Below, piece after piece: positions 1 to 7,801 of a DNA stretch of 12,024 nt. Source of the stretch: a virus (taxonomy: Duplodnaviria; Heunggongvirae; Uroviricota; Caudoviricetes); IMG/VR virus record IMGVR_UViG_2574180358_000007. The stretch is one strand, 5' to 3'. Made by a program: the position numbers and the translations under genes. How positions within the stretch are numbered: the stretch's first letter is position 1; each line of letters begins with the position of its first letter. Below the pieces are notes generated by a model. It was not told the origin of the DNA, ran no database searches, and saw nothing but the letters and a program-made list of their open reading frames with translations.

Positions 1-1209
1 TCATAAAGACTTGCTACTTTCTAATTCTGGGTTTCTGGATCTATTTTTACAACCTGAACCCGGCTGGGAATTTAGTATATCTTTTATCAAATCTTGTTCG
101 ATAGCATTTATTAAGAGCATTATGTCGAATTTATGCATGTCGTCTCCCCCTTCAGTCCTTAGATGTTCGGATGTGGTGAGTTGAGTCGCTAATTTGCTGT
201 TTGGCCCCCAAACAATATTATTCTCGAATTTCCCTTCATGCATTCGGTTATTATATATACAGTATTGTCTAATGTTTAATGCACTGGCTAAATGTACAAT
301 GGCAGTATCTACAGTTATAACAAAATCAGCATGGCGAACCAATGCAAATGAGCATCCTGCATCAGAAAATGGAGACAGAGACACATAATCCAATCCATTG
401 TGATTAATCTGTTTTCCCATGTTAAAAACTATTGTGTGATATCCCTTAAGATTGTTAAGGTAAACTAGTACTTTGTTTATCTGTTCATCAGATAAGGTTC
501 TGCTATTCTGAGAGCCATAAGGGTTAAATATAACTAATTTTTTGTTTTTCTTCCTGAATTCATTTGCAACAATATTTGCTGGCTCATATATTTTGTTGTC
601 AAAATTAAGCGCTGCAGCGTAATCATTATTTTTTATCTTTAGTAAAGATAAAACTTTTTTCATTCTTTCAGATGAGTGAACGGAACGGTTATCGATTATA
701 TTTGTATCAAAAATAGTTACGGCAGGATGATTAAAACAGATAGAGTGTTTAGGTTTAAGTAAATATAGTGTTTGCAATCTGGTTATCGCTGTGTTATCAA
801 AATTTGAGAAGTCAACAACAAGATCTACATTCAGTTTTTTTATCTTTGCTTTTAGTTCGTTAAATTTATTTTTCTCGTAAGAAATAAAGGCATCCACGCC
901 AACAATATCAGTAAAGAGGAATGATACTCTTGGAGGTGCTATCACATATACCACCATACCGGATTCTTGAAGTTGTTTAATAAACCCTGAGGTAACGATG
1001 CCGTCACCAATGGCCTGCATGTGCATGAAAATGCACACTGTTTTATAACTATCCGACTGTAATGATGTTTTCCTTCTGTATCGCATTTTTAGAAATGCCA
1101 GTCTGGCCTTCGTCTTTATCTTTTTTGTTTTAATATTTCGCTGTCTGTTAAGCTGTTTTAATGATGAAATAACATTCATAATGGTACCCTGAAATTCCAA
1201 ATCACTCAT
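1..1209 (-). CDS. Glycosyltransferase family 9 (heptosyltransferase-like) protein; start codon uncertain
   Basis: Minus-strand ORF ending at TAA (bases 3..1). The C-terminal half carries GT9-like motifs read from the translation: KKLVIFNPYGSQNSRTLSDEQ and ADFVITVDTAIVHLASALNIRQ, which resemble the HPGAS..K.WP and VGNDSGPMHLAAA regions of heptosyltransferases. An N-terminal Rossmann-like start is at KTVCIFMHMQAIGDG. The track ORF begins with GTG at 1347 and would overlap tfa; in-frame ATGs lie at 1209, 1179 (AGGG about 7 nt upstream) and 1086, and I chose 1209 without strong support. Codon usage is very A/T-rich and Lys-rich. Confidence 0.55.
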   Translation of the reverse strand: MSDLEFQGTIMNVISSLKQLNRQRNIKTKKIKTKARLAFLKMRYRRKTSLQSDSYKTVCIFMHMQAIGDGIVTSGFIKQLQESGMVVYVIAPPRVSFLFTDIVGVDAFISYEKNKFNELKAKIKKLNVDLVVDFSNFDNTAITRLQTLYLLKPKHSICFNHPAVTIFDTNIIDNRSVHSSERMKKVLSLLKIKNNDYAAALNFDNKIYEPANIVANEFRKKNKKLVIFNPYGSQNSRTLSDEQINKVLVYLNNLKGYHTIVFNMGKQINHNGLDYVSLSPFSDAGCSFALVRHADFVITVDTAIVHLASALNIRQYCIYNNRMHEGKFENNIVWGPNSKLATQLTTSEHLRTEGGDDMHKFDIMLLINAIEQDLIKDILNSQPGSGCKNRSRNPELESSKSL

Positions 1210-1273
1210 GTCATTCGAAACGAGCAGGGTACTATACAAAAAACTGGACTTCAATGGTTTGAAATGAAAGCCT

Positions 1274-1873
1274 TTATGCTTGTTTACTCCTTGATTCCAC
1301 TGGGGAAGCAGGCCACTCAATATCCGGTGCACTTGATGTATCAACACGGTTCAGCAATACCCGATACTTTTTCCATGCTTCCAGCAACGAGATTTCTTCC
1401 TCCGTTGCAATTTCCAGATCTGCAGCATCCTGAAGCGGCGCAATATGCTCACTGGCTACCTGCATCAGGTTGTTTTTTGTTTCTTCCGCCTCCCGTATCC
1501 GGAACAGTTTTTCTGCTTCCGTATCCTTCACCCAGGCTATGCCGTTCCACTTCTGATATTCCCCTTCCGGCGACAACCAGGTAACATTTTCCGGTAACGG
1601 ACCGAGTTCAGAAATAAATAACGCATCGCCGAAAGCCACGTCATAAACCGTTTTACCACGATGATCTTCAACGAGATGCCAGGACGCCTCATCACTGTTG
1701 AAAATAGCCACGAAGCCAGCCGGAATATCTGGCGGTACAATATCGGTACTGTTTGCAGGTAGACCTGTATGAGGTGGAATATATGTGTCACCTTCACCAA
1801 TAAATTCATTAGTTCCGGCCAGCAGATTATAAATTTTGATGGTTCGTGATTGTTCACTCATTCTGAATGCCAT
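1274..1873 (-). CDS. tfa: Phage tail fibre assembly protein (lambda Tfa / TfaQ-TfaR-TfaE family)
   Basis: The 199-aa translation [44 protein letters not shown]...[14 protein letters not shown] matches, from memory, the tail fibre assembly proteins of E. coli cryptic prophages (Rac, Qin, e14) almost residue for residue. ATG at 1873, stop TAA at 1276..1274. Confidence 0.85.
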   Translation of the reverse strand: MAFRMSEQSRTIKIYNLLAGTNEFIGEGDTYIPPHTGLPANSTDIVPPDIPAGFVAIFNSDEASWHLVEDHRGKTVYDVAFGDALFISELGPLPENVTWLSPEGEYQKWNGIAWVKDTEAEKLFRIREAEETKNNLMQVASEHIAPLQDAADLEIATEEEISLLEAWKKYRVLLNRVDTSSAPDIEWPASPVESRSKQA

Positions 1874-1903
1874 TATGCAAGCCTCACAATATAGTTAAAT
1901 GCA

Positions 1904-2371
1904 ATGTTTTTGACGGTGTTTTCCGCGTTACCAGCAGCGTTAACGGTGATGGTGTGTCCATGTGAGCCAATCGCAACGGAGTGCGTGTGTGCACCAATAA
2001 AGGCAGTACGGGACCGGGTTCACAATGAACTCAATGCCGGACATCCGGTACCGGGGTTTAAACTGGTAACAGGAAAACAAGGTAACCGGGCCTGGAGTGA
2101 TGAAGAGGCAGCTCGCGCACTTCTGAAGGACCAGTTCAGGTACAAAACTGAAGAAGTATTCGACTTTAAACTTATTAGTCCCACAAAAGCCGAAAAACTT
2201 ATCAAAAAGGCCAGTCCGCGCCGTTGGTCAAAAGTCGAGGCACTGATAACACGAGCTGATGGTAAACCCACCGTCGTTCCCGAGTCAGACCCACGCCCCG
2301 TACTCAATATCAACCCTGTAAATGATTTCGACGACGTATCCGACGATACGCTAACCGCAGACCTCATCTGA
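1904..2371 (+). pseudogene. 3' remnant of a DUF2800-family (PD-(D/E)xK nuclease-like) phage replication gene; N-terminal part missing
   Basis: A 155-aa ORF ends 16 bp before the DUF2815 gene on the same strand, the position a full-length DUF2800 gene (about 400 aa) occupies in this conserved module. The translation FKLVTGKQGNRAWSDEEAARALL...KPTVVPESDPRPVL looks like the C-terminal region of such proteins as I recall them. In-frame stops lie immediately upstream and tfa on the opposite strand ends only 30 bp away, so no room exists for the N-terminal two thirds. Confidence 0.4.
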
Positions 2372-2386
2372 TTTAAGGAAATACCC

Positions 2387-2935
2387 ATGAAACTGAAGCT
2401 GAACAATGTTCGTCTGGCCTTCCCGTCTCTGTTTGAAGCTAAAACTGTAAACGGCGAAGGCGAGCCGCGTTTCTCCGCAGTATTTTTAATGTCACCCAAA
2501 CACCCACAACTGGAAGAAATCCGTAAAGCTATGAAGCAGGTAGCGAAGGAAAAATGGGGAGAGAAGTGGGAGCCCATTTATAGCCAGCTGGAGAAAAAAC
2601 TCAATCTGTGCCTGCATGATGGTGATGAAAAAGCAGAGTATGAAGGCTTCCCCGGCAATTTCTTCCTGAATGCTGCTAACAAAGCGCGCCCAGCTGTTCT
2701 TGATCGCGATCGTTCGCCACTAATTCAGGCTGATGGACGTCCCTATGCAGGGTGCTATGTAAACGCCGTTATCGATATCTGGGCACAGGACAATAATTTC
2801 GGTAAACGCATTAATGCCTCACTCGGCGGAGTCCAGTTCCTGCGAGACGGCGATGCATTCGCTGGCGGCGGAGTGGCAAGCGCTGACGATTTCGACGATA
2901 TCAGCGAAGGCGCTGATGCTGAAGCACTAATTTAA
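2387..2935 (+). CDS. DUF2815-family phage protein (predicted ssDNA-binding, replication module)
   Basis: The translation MKLKLNNVRLAFPSLFEAK...RFSAVFLM...LCLHDGDEKAEYEGFPGNFF...LDRDRSPL...GRPYAGCYVNAVIDIWAQDNNFGKRINASLGGVQFLRDGDAFAGG follows the DUF2815 consensus as I recall it. SD AAGGA lies about 8 nt upstream of ATG 2387. Position between the DUF2800 remnant and PolA fits the known module order. Confidence 0.8.
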   Translation: MKLKLNNVRLAFPSLFEAKTVNGEGEPRFSAVFLMSPKHPQLEEIRKAMKQVAKEKWGEKWEPIYSQLEKKLNLCLHDGDEKAEYEGFPGNFFLNAANKARPAVLDRDRSPLIQADGRPYAGCYVNAVIDIWAQDNNFGKRINASLGGVQFLRDGDAFAGGGVASADDFDDISEGADAEALI

Positions 2936-2986
2936 AAATATTCATCCCCCAGCTACGTGCTGGGGTATCTCATGAGGGAAAGTATA

Positions 2987-3628
2987 ATGTCACAGCCCGT
3001 ATTAACTAATCACCTTAAAACTCAAATCATCAATAACGCACTTGAGAAAGCGGGTATTCCCAAACGTAAATCAGCACTACGAGCTGCTCGTGTTGAATGG
3101 GCCGAACGTGTTCGGCTTGCAGCTATCGGGGGCGTAGAGAAAGAAGCTGAAATATTAAAAAATATAAAAAAGATTGAATCCATGGTCACAAAAATCCCTG
3201 ATTCATTAAAAACCAATAGTTCTTTAATTCGAAAAGATTGCTGCATATATCTCAATCTGGCTGGAGCCAGAGCAAACATTTATTTCAATGGCAACTACAG
3301 AGGTTATGAATCAGGAGCCCCCGAGCATATTAATAAAATAGCACCTGCAGAATTTACTCTACTTGGCGAAGATCCTCTGGTAACGGAGTTTTATAGCTTT
3401 GATGCTCTCTACACACAAATTAAAAGTGATGAAACCGAAATCATACAGAACGTCAGCGCGGCTCTAAATAAAGTTCGGACAGTAAAACGATTACTGGATG
3501 TATGGCCCGAAGCTAAAGAACTGCTTCCAACAGACGCACCGCCAGTCCCTTTAGCACCAGCAGTACATCGAGAGACATTAAATGAAATGATAGGCCTTCC
3601 TACCAATACAGTGTCTGATACTCAATAA
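2987..3628 (+). CDS. Hypothetical protein (A/T-rich insert between DUF2815 and DNA polymerase)
   Basis: Uninterrupted ORF; GAGGGA lies 7 nt upstream of ATG 2987 (alternative ATG 2972, track start GTG 2957). No family recognised from the translation. Composition is A/T-richer than the flanking replication genes. Confidence 0.5.
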   Translation: MSQPVLTNHLKTQIINNALEKAGIPKRKSALRAARVEWAERVRLAAIGGVEKEAEILKNIKKIESMVTKIPDSLKTNSSLIRKDCCIYLNLAGARANIYFNGNYRGYESGAPEHINKIAPAEFTLLGEDPLVTEFYSFDALYTQIKSDETEIIQNVSAALNKVRTVKRLLDVWPEAKELLPTDAPPVPLAPAVHRETLNEMIGLPTNTVSDTQ

Positions 3629-4311
3629 CAAGGGGGATGCTTATTATATGATTTTGAACGTTTTACAATCTCGTTAAGAGGCGTGAAATCAAAATCTCTG
3701 AATAACACATCAGGATACTTCGCTCTTGCTTTATCCTGCAGACCAGTTAAAGTATTTTTTGTGTTACCCAACATTGTATTAACCGCCACTACATGTCTAA
3801 TTTCTGGAGGTTTATCTATACCACCAGAAATTGCTTCATTAAGAACCGACGCCAGTGGGGTTTGTCCCTTACTTGTTGAATCCCACAGCGTCATTAACAG
3901 ACGAGCTGCGTCTATAAATAGCTTTTTGTCAGCATTTGGCTTGACAGTAATACCAGAACTACCTGAGCCAGAACCGGAACGTTCTATTGCTGCACTGGTA
4001 TCCGATTTCATAGGATTAAATAACGGCAGCTCTGTACAACCGATACGCCGAATGAAATCCTTTGCAACATCTCTACCACAGAAAAAAGCCCCTGTACAAT
4101 TTTCATCAGAGCGTTTTTTAAATGAAAAACAATAGTACTGATCGGTTAACGGATAACCGGAATAACTGGTTTTAGTTTGTCCAGTAATAAGTTTCAGGTG
4201 TGCAACAGGCTGAATAATAAAATCCCGAACTATCGCATCTTTTATGTCGTTACCACGGTGACAATAATATTCAGGTAATCCATTAGGCTGTCTCTTATTA
4301 CCCACAGTCAT
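3622..4311 (-). CDS. Hypothetical two-domain protein with a Gly/Ser linker, encoded antisense to the replication operon
   Basis: 229-aa ORF with a strong SD (AAGGAGA, 6 nt spacer) upstream of ATG at 4311..4309. An internal SGSGSGSSG linker separates a Cys/His-containing N-terminal half from the C-terminal half. The 3' end overlaps the 3' end of the convergent gene 2987..3628 by 7 bp. No family recognised. Confidence 0.6.
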   Translation of the reverse strand: MTVGNKRQPNGLPEYYCHRGNDIKDAIVRDFIIQPVAHLKLITGQTKTSYSGYPLTDQYYCFSFKKRSDENCTGAFFCGRDVAKDFIRRIGCTELPLFNPMKSDTSAAIERSGSGSGSSGITVKPNADKKLFIDAARLLMTLWDSTSKGQTPLASVLNEAISGGIDKPPEIRHVVAVNTMLGNTKNTLTGLQDKARAKYPDVLFRDFDFTPLNEIVKRSKSYNKHPPCY

Positions 4312-4372
4312 TAGTTGTCTCCTTTAATTCATGATATCTAGCATTTAACCATATACCATATGAGGATATTTT

Positions 4373-6436
4373 ATGTCCAATATACTATGGGGCGACCTGG
4401 AAACCTATTGTGACATTCCGATCAACAACGGTACCCATGCGTATGCCGAAGGCGTTGAAGTGATGCTTTTCGCATGGGCTATCAACGACGGGCCAGTAAA
4501 CGTGTGGGATATCACTGCCGGTGGTGGTATTCCACACGGCTTATACGAAGCAATCGCAGACCCTGAAACCCTGCTTTATTTCCATAACTCTCACTTCGAC
4601 CGCACCGTTCTGCGTTATGCAATGCCGCGACTGGCACCGCCTGTCGAACGTTGGCGCGACACGATGGTGCAGGCGCTGGCGCACGGTCTTCCGGGGTCTC
4701 TGGGGGAACTCTGCGAAGTACTAGGCGTCCCGCAAGACAAAGCGAAGGACAAAGAAGGTAAAGCGCTGATCCAGCTGTTCTGTAAGCCACGCCCGAAAAA
4801 CAGCAAACTGCGTCGGGCCACCAGTAAAACCCACCCGGAAGAATGGCGGCGCTTTGTTGCTTACGCCGGACTGGATATCGAGGCAATGCGCGAAGTCTAT
4901 AAACGTCTGCCGAAGTGGAATTATCAGGGGACAGAACTGGCGCTCTGGCATCGTGATCAGCAGATCAATGACCGGGGCGTCTGCATGGACATGCAACTCG
5001 CACGCGCTGCGATCGAAGCGGTAGACCAGGAACAAAAGCGCCTGGCAAAGCGTACACAGGAAATGACTGATGGCGAAGTGCAGGCAGCCACACAACGAGA
5101 CGCGTTGATTAAGCACATTGTTGAATCCTACGGTGTGGAGCTACCAGACATGCAACGCAGTACTCTGGAACGTCGTATTGCCGACCCCGATTTACCATCT
5201 GCCGTGAAAGAACTGCTGGCTATCCGACTGCAGGCCAGTACTACCAGCACCAGTAAATACAAGGCACTAATGAAAGGCGTAAGCCACGACGGGCGCTTAC
5301 GCGGTACGCTACAGTTCTGCGGGGCGTCACGTACCGGTCGTTGGGCCGGACGGCTATTCCAGCCCCAGAATCTTCCCCGCCCTTCACTAAAACAGGAACA
5401 AATAGACGAAGGCATCGAAGCACTGAAAGCCGGATGTGCAGACCTGCTGTTTGACAATATCATGGAACTAACCAGTTCAGCGTTACGTGGCTGCATTATC
5501 GCGCCAACAGGCAAAAAACTGGTGGTAAGTGACTTGTCGAACATTGAAGGCCGTATGCTGGCATGGTTGGCAGGAGAAGAATGGAAACTGAATGCATTCA
5601 GAGAGTACGACGCCGGAACGGGTTCGGACTTATATAAACTGGCGTATGCAAAAGCTTTCGATATTGCACCAGATGATGTTGATAAACACATGCGTCAGAT
5701 CGGTAAAGTCATGGAGCTCGGTCTGGGTTATGGTGGTGGTGTATCGGCTTTCATCACTTTTGCGCTGGTTTACGGTCTCGATCTCGACGAGCTGGCGAAC
5801 GCCGCATTGCCAAACATTCCCCGCGATGTTATCCGCGAGGCGAAAAGCTGGTACGACGAATCGGTTAAACGCAAGTCAACCTACGGGCTTTCTGAACGGG
5901 TATTTATCGCCTGCGACTCACTTAAACGTCTCTGGCGCAGGGCGCACCCGGCGACCTGCGATTTCTGGTACGAACTGGAGCGCACCGTCCGCACAGCAAT
6001 CGCCACACCGCAAAAAACATTGTATTGCGGCTATCTTAAAATCCGACGTGATGGCGCGTGGCTGCGCATACAGCTACCATCCGGACGCGCTGTATGCTAC
6101 CCGTCTCCGGTTATCGAAAAAGGGAATATCACCTACAGGGGTGTTAACTCTTATTCGCGTAAATGGCAACGACTCAAAACCTACGGCGGAAAGCTGGTGG
6201 AGAACGTCACCCAAGCAGCCGCCCGCGACGTTCTGGCCGGAAACATGCCGCTGATCGAGGATGCAGGTTACAGCATTGTGCTGACGGTACACGATGAGGT
6301 AATCACCGAGGCGCCGGACACTGACGATTTCAACGATAAAGCGCTTTCCGCGCTGCTCTCCACTAACCCCGAGTGGGCACCCGATATCCCGCTGAACGCT
6401 GGCGGCTTCGAGGCGTACCACTACCGTAAGGATTAG
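4373..6436 (+). CDS. Family A DNA polymerase with 3'-5' exonuclease domain (phage-type, no 5'-3' exonuclease domain)
   Basis: Exonuclease motifs WGDLET (Exo I) and [12 protein letters not shown] (Exo II). Polymerase motif [20 protein letters not shown], motif [17 protein letters not shown], motif [18 protein letters not shown] lies 6 nt upstream of ATG 4373. Confidence 0.9.
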   Translation: MSNILWGDLETYCDIPINNGTHAYAEGVEVMLFAWAINDGPVNVWDITAGGGIPHGLYEAIADPETLLYFHNSHFDRTVLRYAMPRLAPPVERWRDTMVQALAHGLPGSLGELCEVLGVPQDKAKDKEGKALIQLFCKPRPKNSKLRRATSKTHPEEWRRFVAYAGLDIEAMREVYKRLPKWNYQGTELALWHRDQQINDRGVCMDMQLARAAIEAVDQEQKRLAKRTQEMTDGEVQAATQRDALIKHIVESYGVELPDMQRSTLERRIADPDLPSAVKELLAIRLQASTTSTSKYKALMKGVSHDGRLRGTLQFCGASRTGRWAGRLFQPQNLPRPSLKQEQIDEGIEALKAGCADLLFDNIMELTSSALRGCIIAPTGKKLVVSDLSNIEGRMLAWLAGEEWKLNAFREYDAGTGSDLYKLAYAKAFDIAPDDVDKHMRQIGKVMELGLGYGGGVSAFITFALVYGLDLDELANAALPNIPRDVIREAKSWYDESVKRKSTYGLSERVFIACDSLKRLWRRAHPATCDFWYELERTVRTAIATPQKTLYCGYLKIRRDGAWLRIQLPSGRAVCYPSPVIEKGNITYRGVNSYSRKWQRLKTYGGKLVENVTQAAARDVLAGNMPLIEDAGYSIVLTVHDEVITEAPDTDDFNDKALSALLSTNPEWAPDIPLNAGGFEAYHYRKD

Positions 6437-6449
6437 CTGATCGCTGTCA

Positions 6450-6478
6450 TTGCTGCTTTGCTAAATATTGCTTATTTT
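6450..6478 (+). promoter_or_regulatory. Putative sigma70-type promoter upstream of the TIR-like gene (TTGCTG, 17 nt spacer, TATTTT)
   Basis: Hexamers read by eye in the 53-bp gap between the polA stop and the TIR-like start. The match to consensus is weak and the -10 element sits very close to the SD. Confidence 0.2.
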
Positions 6479-6489
6479 ATAGGAAAATA

Positions 6490-7251
6490 ATGATGCAGGA
6501 TCTCAATGAAATGGCTCTCAAATACCCACACCCTGTCGAAACTTTTCGTCAATTTTTAGTCGAATCCGGATTTGATGTTACCGGAGAAGAAAACAAAGCC
6601 GGTCATGATTGTTATCGTTTAAGTAATGGTGCCATCATAACGCTTTACCACACCGGAACGATTTTGATTCAAGGCTCACAAGCGGCAAAACCAGAGGTTG
6701 AAGCCATTATTAATGAACACTTGGGTAACGCGCCAGCTCAACGAGTTCAGCCAGCCCAGTTTCAAGAGCCAGCCAAAAAGATTTTCATCGTTCACGGTCA
6801 CGACCATGCAGCAAAAGAGCAGCTTGAGCTCATTCTTCATAAGCTTGGGTTACCTGATCATTTTATTTTGCAGAATACAGGCGGTACTGGACTTACGATA
6901 ATTGAAGAACTTGAGCGTGAAATTGGTCAAGGGCAGACAGCGACTCGTTTCGGCATTGTTCTTCTCACTCCCGATGATGTGGGGTACTCCAAAAGAGACG
7001 GTCAAGAAGCAGCCCTGCCCAGGGCTCGTCAAAACGTAGTTCTAGAAATGGGGATGTTGTTATCATCACTCGGGCGCAGTAACGTGGTCATCTTGCAGAA
7101 GCAACACCTTGAACAGCCTTCTGATGCTGCGGGTATTCTTTATCTCAACTTTAATGATCATGTTCGAGAAACTGTACCTCGCTTAATCCAGCGTCTTAAA
7201 CAGGCCGGTTTCACATTTAATGAAGCTCAAATAGCGAACGCTTCATCTTAA
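6490..7251 (+). CDS. TIR-like domain protein (COG4271 / Cap12-PycTIR-type predicted nucleotide-binding fold) with an N-terminal domain of about 95 aa of unknown function
   Basis: The C-terminal approx. 150 aa, KIFIVHGHDHAAKEQLELILHKLGL...IIEELERE...FGIVLLTPDDVGYSKRDG...PRARQNVVLEMGMLLSSLGRSNVVILQKQHLEQPSDAAGILYL, follows the TIR-like consensus as I recall it (FIVHGhD ... AIVLlTPDD ... RARQNVifELGyf.GkLGr.rV ... PSD..G). SD AGGA lies 5 nt upstream of ATG 6490. An intrinsic terminator follows immediately downstream. Confidence 0.6.
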   Translation: MMQDLNEMALKYPHPVETFRQFLVESGFDVTGEENKAGHDCYRLSNGAIITLYHTGTILIQGSQAAKPEVEAIINEHLGNAPAQRVQPAQFQEPAKKIFIVHGHDHAAKEQLELILHKLGLPDHFILQNTGGTGLTIIEELEREIGQGQTATRFGIVLLTPDDVGYSKRDGQEAALPRARQNVVLEMGMLLSSLGRSNVVILQKQHLEQPSDAAGILYLNFNDHVRETVPRLIQRLKQAGFTFNEAQIANASS

Positions 7252-7279
7252 TCAATCATTTTCCTAAAATGTAAAAAAA

Positions 7280-7301
7280 CCCTGCAAATGCAGGGTTTTT
7301 T
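7280..7301 (+). terminator. Rho-independent terminator downstream of the TIR-like gene (A-tract, GC hairpin, T-tract; potentially bidirectional)
   Basis: aaaaaaa-CCCTGCaaatGCAGGG-TTTTTTgttt is read directly from the sequence, 29 bp after the TAA stop at 7249..7251. Confidence 0.75.
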
Positions 7302-7317
7302 GTTTGAGGTAACCCCT

Positions 7318-7539
7318 ATGTCATTTAAATATCGGGACAGTCCCCTTTATTACCGGACTGCGCGGGAGGCTTTGCGCCTTGAGCAGATCGGCGAGTACGA
7401 CCGGGCGGCAAAAGCCTGGGCCAAAGCCAACCGCGAATCACGTAACGCACTGAATCAGGACTGGAGCGAACGCCGGTCTGATTTTTGCCTGATGCAGAAC
7501 ATGCGCGAAAAGCGTAAGGCGGTGGACGATGGCGTATGA
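7318..7539 (+). CDS. Small hypothetical phage protein (73 aa) translationally coupled to VRR-NUC
   Basis: ATG 7318 with GAGG about 10 nt upstream. Its stop TGA 7537..7539 overlaps the VRR-NUC start ATG 7529 (ATGgcgtATGA arrangement). The track ORF start at 7288 lies inside the terminator hairpin and is rejected. Confidence 0.5.
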   Translation: MSFKYRDSPLYYRTAREALRLEQIGEYDRAAKAWAKANRESRNALNQDWSERRSDFCLMQNMREKRKAVDDGV

Positions 7540-7801
7540 GCGTGAAAGCCTTATCGAAAAGCACCTCATCGCCGAAGTGAAAAAGGCTGGCGGGATCGCC
7601 TTTAAGTTTGTGTCACCCGGTCGCCGCTCGGTACCGGATCGGATTGTCCTGTTACCCGGCGGTCGTCTCGTCTTTGTCGAATGCAAAGCACCTGGCAAAC
7701 CACCACGCACCGACCAGCTGCGCGAGCATGAACGGCTGCGCGCGCTGGGCTTTACCGTGGTGGTGCTGGATAGCAAAAATCTTGAGGGGATATTATTTTG
7801 A
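7529..7801 (+). CDS. VRR-NUC domain nuclease (PD-(D/E)xK fold)
   Basis: 90-aa product with PDRIVLLPGGRLVFVECKAPGKPP, matching the VRR-NUC D...E.K core. It sits in the expected module position upstream of the SNF2 helicase. Confidence 0.8.
   Translation: MAYERESLIEKHLIAEVKKAGGIAFKFVSPGRRSVPDRIVLLPGGRLVFVECKAPGKPPRTDQLREHERLRALGFTVVVLDSKNLEGILF

Noticed and set aside
1264-1584. 106-aa + strand ORF overlapping the tfa gene
   Set aside because: It is antisense to a tfa gene with near-identity to known Tfa proteins, and has no RBS.
4512-6421. Multiple 60-220 aa ORFs on both strands inside the DNA polymerase gene (e.g. 4721..5116 -, 5128..5691 -, 5592..6254 +, 6074..6421 -)
   Set aside because: They are fully nested in a well-supported PolA reading frame, lack RBSs and give low-complexity Arg/Ser/Ala-rich translations typical of out-of-frame reads of GC-rich coding DNA.
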